From the NCBI GenBank assembly GCA_965223415.1, contig OZ245002.1:1280001-1344000 (forward strand): a stretch of 64,000 bases of DNA. The letters are read 5' to 3'. Shown here piece by piece: positions 1-9,091 of the stretch. Source of the DNA: Myxococcota bacterium (GTDB taxonomy: Bacteria > Myxococcota_A > UBA9160 > UBA6930). The position numbers were made by a program, and so were the translations under genes. Under the pieces are notes generated by a model. It was not told the DNA's origin, ran no database searches, and worked only from the letters and a program-made list of their open reading frames with translations. Positions within the stretch are counted from its first letter, which is position 1. Each line of letters opens with the position of its first letter.

Positions 1-989
1 GACATGGAGAACATCAGGAGCACGACGACCAGGTTCGTCTTGTAGTCGCGGAGGAACTTCCGGTAGCCGTATCCGCGAACGCCGTGCTCGACGAGCCGCC
101 CGTGGTAGAGCCGGAGCAGCTCCGCCTCCGTCTTGCGGCGGTCTTCGATCGAGATGCTCTGCACCAGCCAGCGGACGACGTCGTAGACCGGATCCCCGAC
201 CCCGGCGAGCTGCCAGTCGATGATCGCGAAGCGCCCGCCTTCGGCCGTCGGCTCGATGACGTTGTCTGAGCGCAGATCGCCGTGGGTGAGCGTGAAGGGG
301 AAGGGCGGAGCCGGATCGAGCTTGAAGAGCGGGCGCAGGAGCGGCATGAGCCGCTTCATCTCGGGGTAGGCGTTGAAGCGGCCGGTCGCCTCGGCCTCCC
401 GCATGCTCGCGTCGAGCAGCGCGAGCCCGTCCTCCATGGGCACTTCCTTCATCACCCATCTCGCCCACGGGTAGCTCTGGAGGGCCTCGCTGTTCCACCA
501 CCGGGCGTGCAGCCGCGCGAACTGCTCGATGACTTCGCGGGACGTCTCCCGACGCGTGCCGACGACCTGATCACTCGGTGCACCCGGCGCCAGGTCCTCC
601 AGCAGCAGCACGAAGCGGTAGCTCTCCTCCTCGAAGGCGCTGAAGTAGCAGGCGGGCACGGGCACGCCGGCCTCGACGCCGATGTCGCGGTAGAAGCCCA
701 CCTCCCGCCCGTAGGCGTTCTGGTCCCTCGCCATCTGCCGGGTCTCGGGCTGGGTCGCCGCGAACTTGGCGATCACGGTCCGGGGAGCCGCTGCGCAGCC
801 GCCCGTGTGGTGCAGGGTGAGCCGGGCGACCTGGCCCATGAAGCCTTCCCCGACCCCGATGATCTCGTGGGAGAAGCTCTCGATCCGTGCGCCGTCGAGC
901 ACGTCGGCCATGGCGTGCTCGAGCCAATCGGTCGTGAGCTCTTCCGCCCGGAAGGGCAGGCGCTCAGCCGCGTCGTCGTGCGGGGTCAA
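1..989 (-). CDS. Aminoglycoside-phosphotransferase/ecdysteroid-kinase-like (EcKL) phosphotransferase, 3' end runs off the window
   Basis: Not in the ORF track because it is open at the edge. Manual translation from TTG 989 gives ...GEGFMGQVARL...YGREVGFY...LLLEDL...ARLHARWW...LTHGDLRSDN...IIDWQ, i.e. APH-type HGDxxxxN and DWQ motifs. Confidence 0.8.
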   Translation of the reverse strand, partial: MTPHDDAAERLPFRAEELTTDWLEHAMADVLDGARIESFSHEIIGVGEGFMGQVARLTLHHTGGCAAAPRTVIAKFAATQPETRQMARDQNAYGREVGFYRDIGVEAGVPVPACYFSAFEEESYRFVLLLEDLAPGAPSDQVVGTRRETSREVIEQFARLHARWWNSEALQSYPWARWVMKEVPMEDGLALLDASMREAEATGRFNAYPEMKRLMPLLRPLFKLDPAPPFPFTLTHGDLRSDNVIEPTAEGGRFAIIDWQLAGVGDPVYDVVRWLVQSISIEDRRKTEAELLRLYHGRLVEHGVRGYGYRKFLRDYKTNLVVVLLMFSM

Positions 990-1614
990 TCTTCAGGTCC
1001 TCGGGCAGGTGGTCGTGGAAGTTCAGCGCCCTGAGCTCCGGGCTCGAGCATCCCTCCCGGAAGGCGAGCTCGGTGACGGCCGAGTTGTGCATGATGTACT
1101 GCGGGCCGAAGGCCGGACGAGTGCCCAGCAGGCGCGCGATCAGGTGCGCGATGGCCGCACCGTGGCTGACCAGGATGACGTTCTCGTCCGCGTGCCGGGC
1201 GCGGATCTCCTGCACGGCGCCGGCCATGCGCCGGCCGAGCTGGTTGGGCGACTCGCCGTTGTGGCCCAGGAAGTCGTCGTCGCGGATCGAGTGCTTGGCG
1301 TAGCCGAAGGCATCCAGCTCCCGGTAGGTCACCCCCTCCCAGTCGCCCAGGAAGCCCTCCACCAGCGCATCGTGCACATCGAAGGCGACATCCAGCGCCC
1401 GCGCGATGTGCAGACCGGTATCTCGGGCTCGGCTGAGCGGGCTGGCGAAGACCCGGTGGTAGCCCGGGGGCCAGCCCCGCAGCAGCCCGGCCGTGAGCTC
1501 CGCCTGGCGGATCCCTCGTTCGTTCAGCGGCGATTCCGACTGGCCGTGGGCGATCTGCGCCTGATTGCCCACGGTCTCACCGTGTCGGACGAGCAGGAGG
1601 TGGGTCGTCGACAT
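964..1614 (-). CDS. Histidine phosphatase (phosphoglycerate mutase-like) family protein
   Basis: MSTTHLLLVRHGET (RHG motif), SPLSRARDT, GDWEG, VSHG. Start trimmed to ATG 1614. Confidence 0.9.
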   Translation of the reverse strand: MSTTHLLLVRHGETVGNQAQIAHGQSESPLNERGIRQAELTAGLLRGWPPGYHRVFASPLSRARDTGLHIARALDVAFDVHDALVEGFLGDWEGVTYRELDAFGYAKHSIRDDDFLGHNGESPNQLGRRMAGAVQEIRARHADENVILVSHGAAIAHLIARLLGTRPAFGPQYIMHNSAVTELAFREGCSSPELRALNFHDHLPEDLKIDPARRRG

Positions 1615-1727
1615 GCGGTGGCATGGTTCCACCGGGCCCGGAAGCTGTCGAGGTCTGCCCGCGAGACGGCGCCGGCGCGTTGCGATAGGGTGGGATCCCC
1701 TTCGTCGACGCGAGGACCCGGAGGCAG

Positions 1728-2378
1728 ATGGGCATGACCCGCACGCGATGGATCTGGCTCGTCCTGGCCGCGCTCTACGCGATCTTCTTCGGCTGGTACA
1801 CCTCCTTCGGAGGGCCACTGACCGACGCGGAGATCGCGCAATACCTGGAGCTGTTCGAGAGCCGGGAGCCGGTGCCGCCGCCGGAGGCCGTCGCCCGGTT
1901 GCGCCGCTTCATGGAGGAGGACACCGGCGACGACTTCGTGATGGTCAACGTCATCGACATGTACGACACGCCACTCCAGATCGAGGGCGTCGAGCCGGGC
2001 GAGACCAGCGATGAGGTGCTCGGAAGGTACATGGCGTACATGACCCCGGCGCTCTTCGCGCGGGCCTGTCACCCTGTCCTCTTCGGCCAGGCCGCGAACA
2101 CGGCCATGGACCTCATGAACGCCGAGGGGATGGAGGAATGGGACCAGGGTGCGGGCATGCGCTACCGCAGCCGGCGGGATCTGCTCGAGATCGCGACCAA
2201 CCCGGCCTTCGCCGGCTCCCACGAGTTCAAGATCGCGGCCATGCGCAAGACCATCGCCTTCCCCATCGACCCCTGGTTCCAGCTCGGGGATCCGCGCCTG
2301 GTGCTGGCTCTGCTCCTCGCGTGCATCGGCTCGCTGCTGGGGTGGCGCGAAGCCCTGCGGCGAGCCGCCGGAAGCTGA
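1728..2378 (+). CDS. Hypothetical membrane-anchored protein (DUF1330-like dimeric alpha/beta barrel)
   Basis: GGAGG RBS; hydrophobic helices at both ends; MVNVI...EEWDQ...RYRSRRDLLEIATNPAF pattern. Confidence 0.55.
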   Translation: MGMTRTRWIWLVLAALYAIFFGWYTSFGGPLTDAEIAQYLELFESREPVPPPEAVARLRRFMEEDTGDDFVMVNVIDMYDTPLQIEGVEPGETSDEVLGRYMAYMTPALFARACHPVLFGQAANTAMDLMNAEGMEEWDQGAGMRYRSRRDLLEIATNPAFAGSHEFKIAAMRKTIAFPIDPWFQLGDPRLVLALLLACIGSLLGWREALRRAAGS

Positions 2379-2389
2379 GCCCAGCCGGG

Positions 2390-3147
2390 TCAGTCGTAGC
2401 GGCGCAGAGCCCTCCAGATCTCGTCGATCGGCGCCGTGGGCTCGCGCGCGATGTAGATCGCCTGTCCGTTGCGCGCGGGCAGGCACAAGCCGCAATCGAG
2501 CTCACCGACGCGCTCGAGCTGCGCCCAGTGGGGCCGCCAGAGCTCGACCGGACCGCCAACGATCACCATCACCGAGCCATCCTCGCTGCCCGGGCCCCAG
2601 TGCCAGTAGCTGTTGTGGGGGCTCGCGGGGATCGGCAGTCCGTGCCGACCCCAGGAGCTCGATCGCGCCGGTCTCGCTGTAGCTCAAGCCGATGATCCCG
2701 GCCTTGGGGCGTTCCTCCGCCGGCAGCGTCTCGTAGACGCCGGCAACCGAATCGACGATTCCCGGCCAGCCCACCATGTCCGCGAAGTGAGGGTCGATGC
2801 TCCCCGTCTCGCGGTTCTCCGCCCGGGGCGCTCCGATGCCGACCTCACGGCTGAACTCCACGAGATCCGGTAGTGAGAGGAGCGGGAGGGTGAGTGGGCG
2901 GTCGGCAGCCCGGCCTTGCCTCTCCGGTCCGACCACCGTTCGAGCCCCATCGCACCGGCTGCGACCAGCGGGGGCTGCGCCAGGGCCAGGTAGTTCGGCC
3001 GGCCCAGTCGAGACGGCTCGCGCAGGCGAGGTAGTACAGCTCGTCGCCGAAGTAGCCGTAGCCGCGGGCACTGGTTGCGAGATGGAGGCACAGCTTCGCG
3101 AGGGCCAGGAGCCAGATGGCCCCGCTGATGCCGAGCACGGGCTGCAC
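2390..3147 (-). pseudogene. Collapsed remnant of an ArnT/PMT-like (GT-C, GT39/GT83) membrane glycosyltransferase
   Basis: The N-terminal motif [14 protein letters not shown] lies next to C-terminal motifs HFADMVGW...YSETGAIELLG. After a frameshift at GGGG ~2649-2652 the sequence reads PASPHNSYWHWGP...EIWRALRRYD*. The multi-TM core is missing. Confidence 0.7.
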
Positions 3148-3245
3148 GGTGTCGAGGGTAGCGCCGTCGTCGGAGCGACTCGGCGAAGCGCCGCGCTCGA
3201 AAGCCCGGTAATCTCCGGGACCCAGATTCGAGGAGATCCCCGGCC

Positions 3246-3749
3246 ATGGATCCGGACCACAAGAAGACCGCTCTGCGCATGATCCCCTACGGCCTCTACG
3301 TGCTCACCGCGGAGACAGAGGACGGGAGGGTGTCCGCCGCCACGGTGAACTGGGTGACCCAGGCCTCCTTCGAGCCGCCGCTCGTGGCCGTCGGCGTGAA
3401 GGCGGACTCAGCGGGGCACGAGATCATCAAGGAGTCGGGCACCTTCGCCCTGAGCGTGCTCGGCAAGGGCCACCAGGATCAGGCCTTCGCCTTCTTCAAG
3501 CCCGCCGAGCGCGAGGGCGACCAGATCGCCGGGCACACCTTCCGCCAGGGCGGGAACGGCGCGCCGATCCTGGACGCGGCGCCGGCCCACGTCGAATGCC
3601 GGCTGGTGGAGACCGTCGAGAAGGGCGACCACTCGATCTTCGTCGGCGAGGTCACGGGAGCCGGCGTCCGGGGCGAGATCACCGGGCGCCCCGACGAAGC
3701 CACCCTCATCCTGAAGGAGCTTGGCGAGAAGACCTTCTACGGCGGCTGA
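3246..3749 (+). CDS. Flavin reductase family protein
   Basis: [33 protein letters not shown]. Confidence 0.9.
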   Translation: MDPDHKKTALRMIPYGLYVLTAETEDGRVSAATVNWVTQASFEPPLVAVGVKADSAGHEIIKESGTFALSVLGKGHQDQAFAFFKPAEREGDQIAGHTFRQGGNGAPILDAAPAHVECRLVETVEKGDHSIFVGEVTGAGVRGEITGRPDEATLILKELGEKTFYGG

Positions 3750-3800
3750 TCGGAACCCGGTGTCGCTCGCCGTGATACGGTGGCCTGGGAAGGAGGACGG

Positions 3801-4202
3801 ATGAAGGTCTTCAAGCGGATCGCCATCGCGCTCGTGGTCTACGTCGGACTCGTCGCGGCCTTCGAGTCGCTGATCGGGGTCCTCCAGCCCGCCGGGGAGT
3901 CCACCCTCGTCCTCACCACGGTGGACGCGGACGGCACCACCCACGACCGGGTGCTGGCCCAGCTCGAGAGCGATGGCAAGCTCTACGTCGCGGCCAACCA
4001 CTGGCCCCGGGCCTGGTACCACCGCGCCCTCGAGAACCCGGAGGTCCAGGCGACGGTCGCCGGCGAGACGGGCGACTACCGGGCCGTGCCGGTGAGCGAC
4101 GCGGAGCACGATCAGGTCGACGGCAAGCGCAGCCTCGGGCTGGTGTTCCGGATCCTGACCGGCTTCCCGCCCCGCTACTTCCTGCGCCTCGATCCTCGTT
4201 AG
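3801..4202 (+). CDS. Split beta-barrel nitroreductase/quinone reductase-like protein with N-terminal TM helix
   Basis: AGGAGG RBS; LVLTT...LYVAAN...WYHRALENPEV pattern of FDOR/DUF2255-like proteins. Confidence 0.6.
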   Translation: MKVFKRIAIALVVYVGLVAAFESLIGVLQPAGESTLVLTTVDADGTTHDRVLAQLESDGKLYVAANHWPRAWYHRALENPEVQATVAGETGDYRAVPVSDAEHDQVDGKRSLGLVFRILTGFPPRYFLRLDPR

Positions 4203-4221
4203 AGGGCGAATCCGCGGGCGA

Positions 4222-5232
4222 TCAGCCCGCCTTCACGAACTTCGCGACCACCCGCGCGAGCTCGTCGCCCCGGCCCTCCTGCAGGAAATGGCCGCCTCCC
4301 CGGATCGTCACGTGCTCCTGGCCGCTGGCGCCGGGGATGCGCGCGCGCAGAATCGCGTCGGCGCCACGGGTGACCGGGTCGTTGTCGCTGAACGCACAGA
4401 GGAGAGGCTTCTCCCACTTCGAGAGCACCTCCCAGGCCGCGCGGTTGGCCGGGATCGAAGGATCGTCCGGGAGGGTCGGCACCTGACTCGGCATGGCCCG
4501 CGGCCCCATCTTGAAGCTCGGGTCCGGGAAGGGTGCGTCGTAGGCGGCGATCTCACCGGGCGAGAGCTGGCGGTCGCCGCCGGCGCCCGCCATGACCATG
4601 GCGATCGGGAGGTCCTCGGTCTCCCAGCACCACTTCTGCCAGTGGCCGAAGGTGAGCTCGGGCCGCTCCGGGTCAGGGTTCGAGATGGCCGCCATCATCT
4701 CGGGCATGGTGGGCGTCGGTGCGTCGCTACGGAAGGCGTGATAGGCGTCGATCCGCGCCTGGGGGATGTCCTGGGGAAGCGGCAGGCCCGTGTTGGCCAC
4801 GACGACCCGATCGAAGCGCTCCGGGTTCTCGGCGACCATCCGCAGGCCGATGAGCCCGCCCCAATCCTGGCCGACGAAGGTGAGGCCGCGCAGGTCGTTC
4901 CGGACCAGCCAGGCGGTGAGCCAATCGACCTGACGCTGGTAGCTGTAGTCCTCGCGAGCCGCCGGCTTGTCCGAGCGGCCGAAGCCGACCAGGTCCGGCG
5001 CCACGACCCGCAGGCCGGCGCCGACCAGCACCGGGATCATGTGGCGGTAGAGGTAGCTCCAGGACGGCTGCCCGTGCATGCACAAGACGGTCGGGGCGCC
5101 GGCGGGGCCCTCGTCCACGTGGTGGATCCGGAGGGAGCCGCCCTCACCGTCGGGGACGTCGGTGTAGCGGGGGGCAAAGGGGTAGCCGGGGAGATCGGCG
5201 AAGCGTTCGTCGGGAGTGCGGAGGATCTTCAC
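4222..5232 (-). CDS. Haloalkane dehalogenase (alpha/beta hydrolase)
   Basis: LRTPDERF, HGQPSWSYLYR, PDLVGFGRSDKP, GQDWGG nucleophile elbow, GHFLQE. Confidence 0.92.
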   Translation of the reverse strand: MKILRTPDERFADLPGYPFAPRYTDVPDGEGGSLRIHHVDEGPAGAPTVLCMHGQPSWSYLYRHMIPVLVGAGLRVVAPDLVGFGRSDKPAAREDYSYQRQVDWLTAWLVRNDLRGLTFVGQDWGGLIGLRMVAENPERFDRVVVANTGLPLPQDIPQARIDAYHAFRSDAPTPTMPEMMAAISNPDPERPELTFGHWQKWCWETEDLPIAMVMAGAGGDRQLSPGEIAAYDAPFPDPSFKMGPRAMPSQVPTLPDDPSIPANRAAWEVLSKWEKPLLCAFSDNDPVTRGADAILRARIPGASGQEHVTIRGGGHFLQEGRGDELARVVAKFVKAG

Positions 5233-5266
5233 GCGCGGGATGTTACTTCGCGTCGGGGTCGCGCGC

Positions 5267-6730
5267 TCAGGTGGTTGCGTCCACCCGCTCGAGAAGCTCG
5301 GCGTACTTCAGCAGGTGGTCGACCCCGAGGAAGCGCTCCCGGACACGCTCCCTCGCGGCGGCTCCCATGGCCTCCATCCGCTCCGGCTCACACAGGAGCG
5401 TGCAGAGGGTATCGGCAAAGGCGTCGGAATCGGTCGGGTCCTTCACCAGCAGCCCGTTCACGCCGTCATCGATCTGGTCCTGGATCCCGCCGACGGCACT
5501 GGCCACCACCGGCTTGCCCTTCCACATCGCCTCGGTGACGGTGAGCCCGAAGCCCTCCTTCAGGCTCTTCTGGACGACCACGGCGGCATGGGATTGGAGC
5601 GCGTTGACGATCGCCGCGTTCTCCTGGATGTCGTGCACGGGAAGGCTCGCCAGGTGGACGCGGTTGCGGACGGCGTGGGGCAGGGAGCGCCAACCTTCCA
5701 CCACCCGATCGAACACCTGGGCGCCCTCCGGATCGTCGGCGACGGCGGAGACGTTCGGTCCCGCCAGCACGAGCTCGGGCTGCGCGGGGCACTTGCTGTC
5801 GTAGAGCCGCGCGAAGCCCTCCATCACACCGGCCATGTCCTTCAGCGGATCCCAACGGGAGACCTGCACCACGAGCGGCGTCTCCCCGGCGGGGGGGCGG
5901 CCGAGCCGCACGATGTCGGCGCGTCGCTCGACCCGGCCGGGCGTCCCGTCGTCGCGCACGAAGCCGTGATCGGCGTTCGCGGGCGCAGGCCCCTCCACCA
6001 GGCCCGTGTGGACCAGGATCGTCCGGATCGCCGTCTCCGCGAGCTCCTGGTTCTTGGCGGAGAAGGCGTCGATGCTCGGCGTGATGATGGTCGACTTGCC
6101 GTGATCGCAGATGGCGGGCACGTAGCTCTCGCGCGAGAACACGTAGTGCGGAATGGCGTCCAGGTAGGGCCGCAAGAACTCCCACCCCTGGTCCGCCTCC
6201 TCGCTCGGCCCGTCGAGGCCGATGTGGCAGCGCCAGACGACCCGCGCTCCGGCCTGGATCAGGCTGGCGGCGAGCCCGGCGGTCTGCGGATCGTGGAGGA
6301 TGACGATGTCCTTCGGCCGGACCACCGAGGCCAGCTCGAGGGCATTGTCCCGGAGGGTCGCCTCGTAGATATCGCGCGCGCTCTCGTCGAGGGGGCTGCC
6401 ATCGCCTGCCGAACCGTGGAGCGAGTGATGCAGCCGCTTCGTCACCCGGAAGAACGCCTCGTTTCCGGTGATCACCACCCAGCGGCTGTCGATGCCGACA
6501 CTCCGGGTGTAGCCGAGCAGGGATTGCAGCATCTCGGCGACGCCGCCCCCCACAGCGGTGGAGTTCACGTTCCAGACCACGCGCTTGGAGAGCCGCTCGC
6601 GCGCCCGCCCGGCGGCCTCGAGCGCGGCGCGGAAGTCCTTCTCCGGGATCACCTTCTGGAATCGCTCGAGCGGCTGGATCCCGACTCTCACCTCGTGGAT
6701 CTGCGTCGCCACGCCTGCCTCCATCCCCAT
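5267..6730 (-). CDS. treT: GT4 glycosyltransferase, TreT-like trehalose synthase
   Basis: NSTAVGGGVAEML, HDPQ, WRCHI, QVSRWDPLKD, QKSLKEGFGLTVTEAMWKG. Start is ATG 6730 (TACTCT 7 nt upstream) or GTG 6712 (GGAGG RBS). Confidence 0.8.
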   Translation of the reverse strand: MGMEAGVATQIHEVRVGIQPLERFQKVIPEKDFRAALEAAGRARERLSKRVVWNVNSTAVGGGVAEMLQSLLGYTRSVGIDSRWVVITGNEAFFRVTKRLHHSLHGSAGDGSPLDESARDIYEATLRDNALELASVVRPKDIVILHDPQTAGLAASLIQAGARVVWRCHIGLDGPSEEADQGWEFLRPYLDAIPHYVFSRESYVPAICDHGKSTIITPSIDAFSAKNQELAETAIRTILVHTGLVEGPAPANADHGFVRDDGTPGRVERRADIVRLGRPPAGETPLVVQVSRWDPLKDMAGVMEGFARLYDSKCPAQPELVLAGPNVSAVADDPEGAQVFDRVVEGWRSLPHAVRNRVHLASLPVHDIQENAAIVNALQSHAAVVVQKSLKEGFGLTVTEAMWKGKPVVASAVGGIQDQIDDGVNGLLVKDPTDSDAFADTLCTLLCEPERMEAMGAAARERVRERFLGVDHLLKYAELLERVDATT

Positions 6731-6796
6731 CGCTGCAAGAGTACCGACCCAGGCGCGGACCTCGACAGGGGCGAAGGCCTGCTGTTCCCTTCCTGC

Positions 6797-7261
6797 ATGG
6801 GCCAGACATCCTTCGACCCCGCCCGCCACCGTTGGCGCGAGGTGACCGGCGGACCCGAGCTTTCCTACAAAGTGCGCCACGACTACACGATCCTCGGCTA
6901 CGACGTGGCGGCCGGAACCCTCGACATGGTGGTGCGATGGAGGGGCGACGGCGGCCACTGCCCCATCCATCGCCACACCGCGATCACTACCGTCCTCGTG
7001 CTCGAGGGCGAGCAGCACCTCCGGGACCTCCACCCGGACGGCTCCCGCGGCGAGCCCAAGGTGCGGAAGGCCGGAGACTACGCGCTCACGGTGGGGGACG
7101 ATTTGCCCCACCTGGAATGCGGCGGTCCGGAAGGCGGCCTGGTCTTCTTCGGCGGCCACTGCAACGACGGCGTCCTCTACGAGCTGCTGGACGAGGACAT
7201 GAAGGTCATCGCCGAGGTCACGATCGAGGGGCTCGTGGCGGATTGGCAGGCGAACAGCTGA
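6797..7261 (+). CDS. Cupin-fold protein (ChrR/Dke1-like)
   Basis: CPIHRH...VLEGEQH...PHLE cupin metal motif; TGATG overlap with the BVMO. Confidence 0.7.
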   Translation: MGQTSFDPARHRWREVTGGPELSYKVRHDYTILGYDVAAGTLDMVVRWRGDGGHCPIHRHTAITTVLVLEGEQHLRDLHPDGSRGEPKVRKAGDYALTVGDDLPHLECGGPEGGLVFFGGHCNDGVLYELLDEDMKVIAEVTIEGLVADWQANS

Positions 7262-9063
7262 TGGCGGTGGCGACGCAGGAGCTGGGCTTCGACCCGGACG
7301 CGTTGCGTGAGAAGTACCGCGAAGAGCGGGACAAGCGGCTCCGGCCCGAGGGCAACGACCAGTACCGGCACATCGACGGCGAGCTCGACCGCTTCCTCGA
7401 CGACCCCTTCGCGGAGCCGGGCCTCACCCGGGAGCCGCTGGACGTCGAGACCGAGGTGGCGATCGTCGGCGGCGGCTTCAGCGGCCTCCTCGCCGGCGCC
7501 CGCCTGCGCGAGGCCGGTGTTCGCGACCTGCGCATCCTCGAGATCGGCGCGGACTTCGGCGGCACCTGGTACTGGAACCGCTACCCGGGTGCCCAGTGCG
7601 ACATCGAGTCCTACATCTACCTGCCGCTCCTGGAGGAGCTGGGCGAGCTCCCGAAGGAGAAGTACGCCTACGGCCCGGACATCTGGGGCCACGCCCAGGC
7701 GATCGGGCGGCACTTCGATCTCTACGACGGAGCGCTCTTCCAGACCCGGGTGACGGCGATGCGCTGGGATGAGGAGACGGGACGTTGGATCCTCTCCACC
7801 CAGCGCGGCGACCGCATCAGGGCGCGCTTCGCGATCCAGGCGATCGGGCCGCTCAGCCGCCCGAAGCTTCCCGGCATCCCGGGCATCGAGCGCTTCCAGG
7901 GGCACTCCTTCCACACGAGCCGTTGGGACTACGGCTACACCGGCGGCGACACGAACGGGAACCTGCATCGCCTCCACGACAAGCGCGTCGGCGTGATCGG
8001 CACCGGAGCCACGGCGGTGCAGTGCATCCCGCACCTGGGCGAAGCCGCCGCCCACCTCTACGTCTTCCAGCGCACCCCATCCTCCATCGACGTGCGCGGC
8101 AATCGCCCCACCAGTCCGGAATGGGCCCGGAGCCTCGAGCCGGGCTGGCAGCAGCACCGCATCGACAACTTCAGCGTCCTCGTCTCCGGCGGCATGGCGG
8201 AGGAAGACCTGGTCGCTGACGGCTGGACCGACATCATCCGCAACCTGTCCGGCCTGGCCGAGCAGAGCGGCGGCCTGGGCGACACCCCGGAAGCGATCCT
8301 GGCCCAGGTGGAGCTGGCGGACTTCCAGAAGATGGAGCAGATCCGCGCCCGGGTGGACGCCCTCGTCCGGGACCCGGCCACCGCCGAGGCCCTGAAGCCC
8401 TGGTACCGACAGTTCTGCAAGCGCCCGTGCTTCCACGACGACTACCTGCCCACCTTCAACCGCCCCAACGTCACCCTCGTCGACACCCGGGGACAGGGCG
8501 TCGAGCGCATCACCGAGAACGCGGTGATCGCGGCCGGCGAGGCCTACGAGCTGGACTGCCTCGTCTTCGCCACGGGCTTCGAGGTGGGGACGGCCTACAC
8601 CCAGCGGGCGGGCTGCGAGATCGTGGGACGGGAGGGTCGGACCCTCACGACGAAGTGGGCCGACGGCGTCGCCACCTTCCACGGCCTCCTGACCCACGGC
8701 TTCCCGAACTGCTTCATCATGGGCGGCCTGCAGTCCGGCGTCACCCCAAACTTCACCGAGCTCTACAACGAGCAGAGCCGACACGTCGCCTACGTGGTCG
8801 AACAGACCCGCAAGCGCGGCGCCCGCACGGTGGACGCCTCGGCGGAGGCGGAGGCCACCTGGGTCCGCACGATCCACGAATCCGGGAGCTTCAGCGCGGA
8901 CTTCGCCGAGAGCTGCACGCCGGGCTACTACAACAACGAGGGCAAGCCCGGCGAGGGGCCGGGCTGGTTCGGCGGCAACTTCGGCGGGGGTGCCCAGGCG
9001 TTCTTCGCGCTGCTCCGGGAGTGGCGGGAGAAGGGAGAGCTCGAGGGGCTCGAGCTCAGGTGA
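7261..9063 (+). CDS. Type I Baeyer-Villiger monooxygenase
   Basis: GGGFSG, GGTWYWNRYPG, FQGHSFHTSRW fingerprint, GTGATA, ATGF. Confidence 0.93.
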   Translation: MAVATQELGFDPDALREKYREERDKRLRPEGNDQYRHIDGELDRFLDDPFAEPGLTREPLDVETEVAIVGGGFSGLLAGARLREAGVRDLRILEIGADFGGTWYWNRYPGAQCDIESYIYLPLLEELGELPKEKYAYGPDIWGHAQAIGRHFDLYDGALFQTRVTAMRWDEETGRWILSTQRGDRIRARFAIQAIGPLSRPKLPGIPGIERFQGHSFHTSRWDYGYTGGDTNGNLHRLHDKRVGVIGTGATAVQCIPHLGEAAAHLYVFQRTPSSIDVRGNRPTSPEWARSLEPGWQQHRIDNFSVLVSGGMAEEDLVADGWTDIIRNLSGLAEQSGGLGDTPEAILAQVELADFQKMEQIRARVDALVRDPATAEALKPWYRQFCKRPCFHDDYLPTFNRPNVTLVDTRGQGVERITENAVIAAGEAYELDCLVFATGFEVGTAYTQRAGCEIVGREGRTLTTKWADGVATFHGLLTHGFPNCFIMGGLQSGVTPNFTELYNEQSRHVAYVVEQTRKRGARTVDASAEAEATWVRTIHESGSFSADFAESCTPGYYNNEGKPGEGPGWFGGNFGGGAQAFFALLREWREKGELEGLELR

Positions 9064-9091
9064 GGTCCTTCCGACTGAGGGCCGCGGTGCT

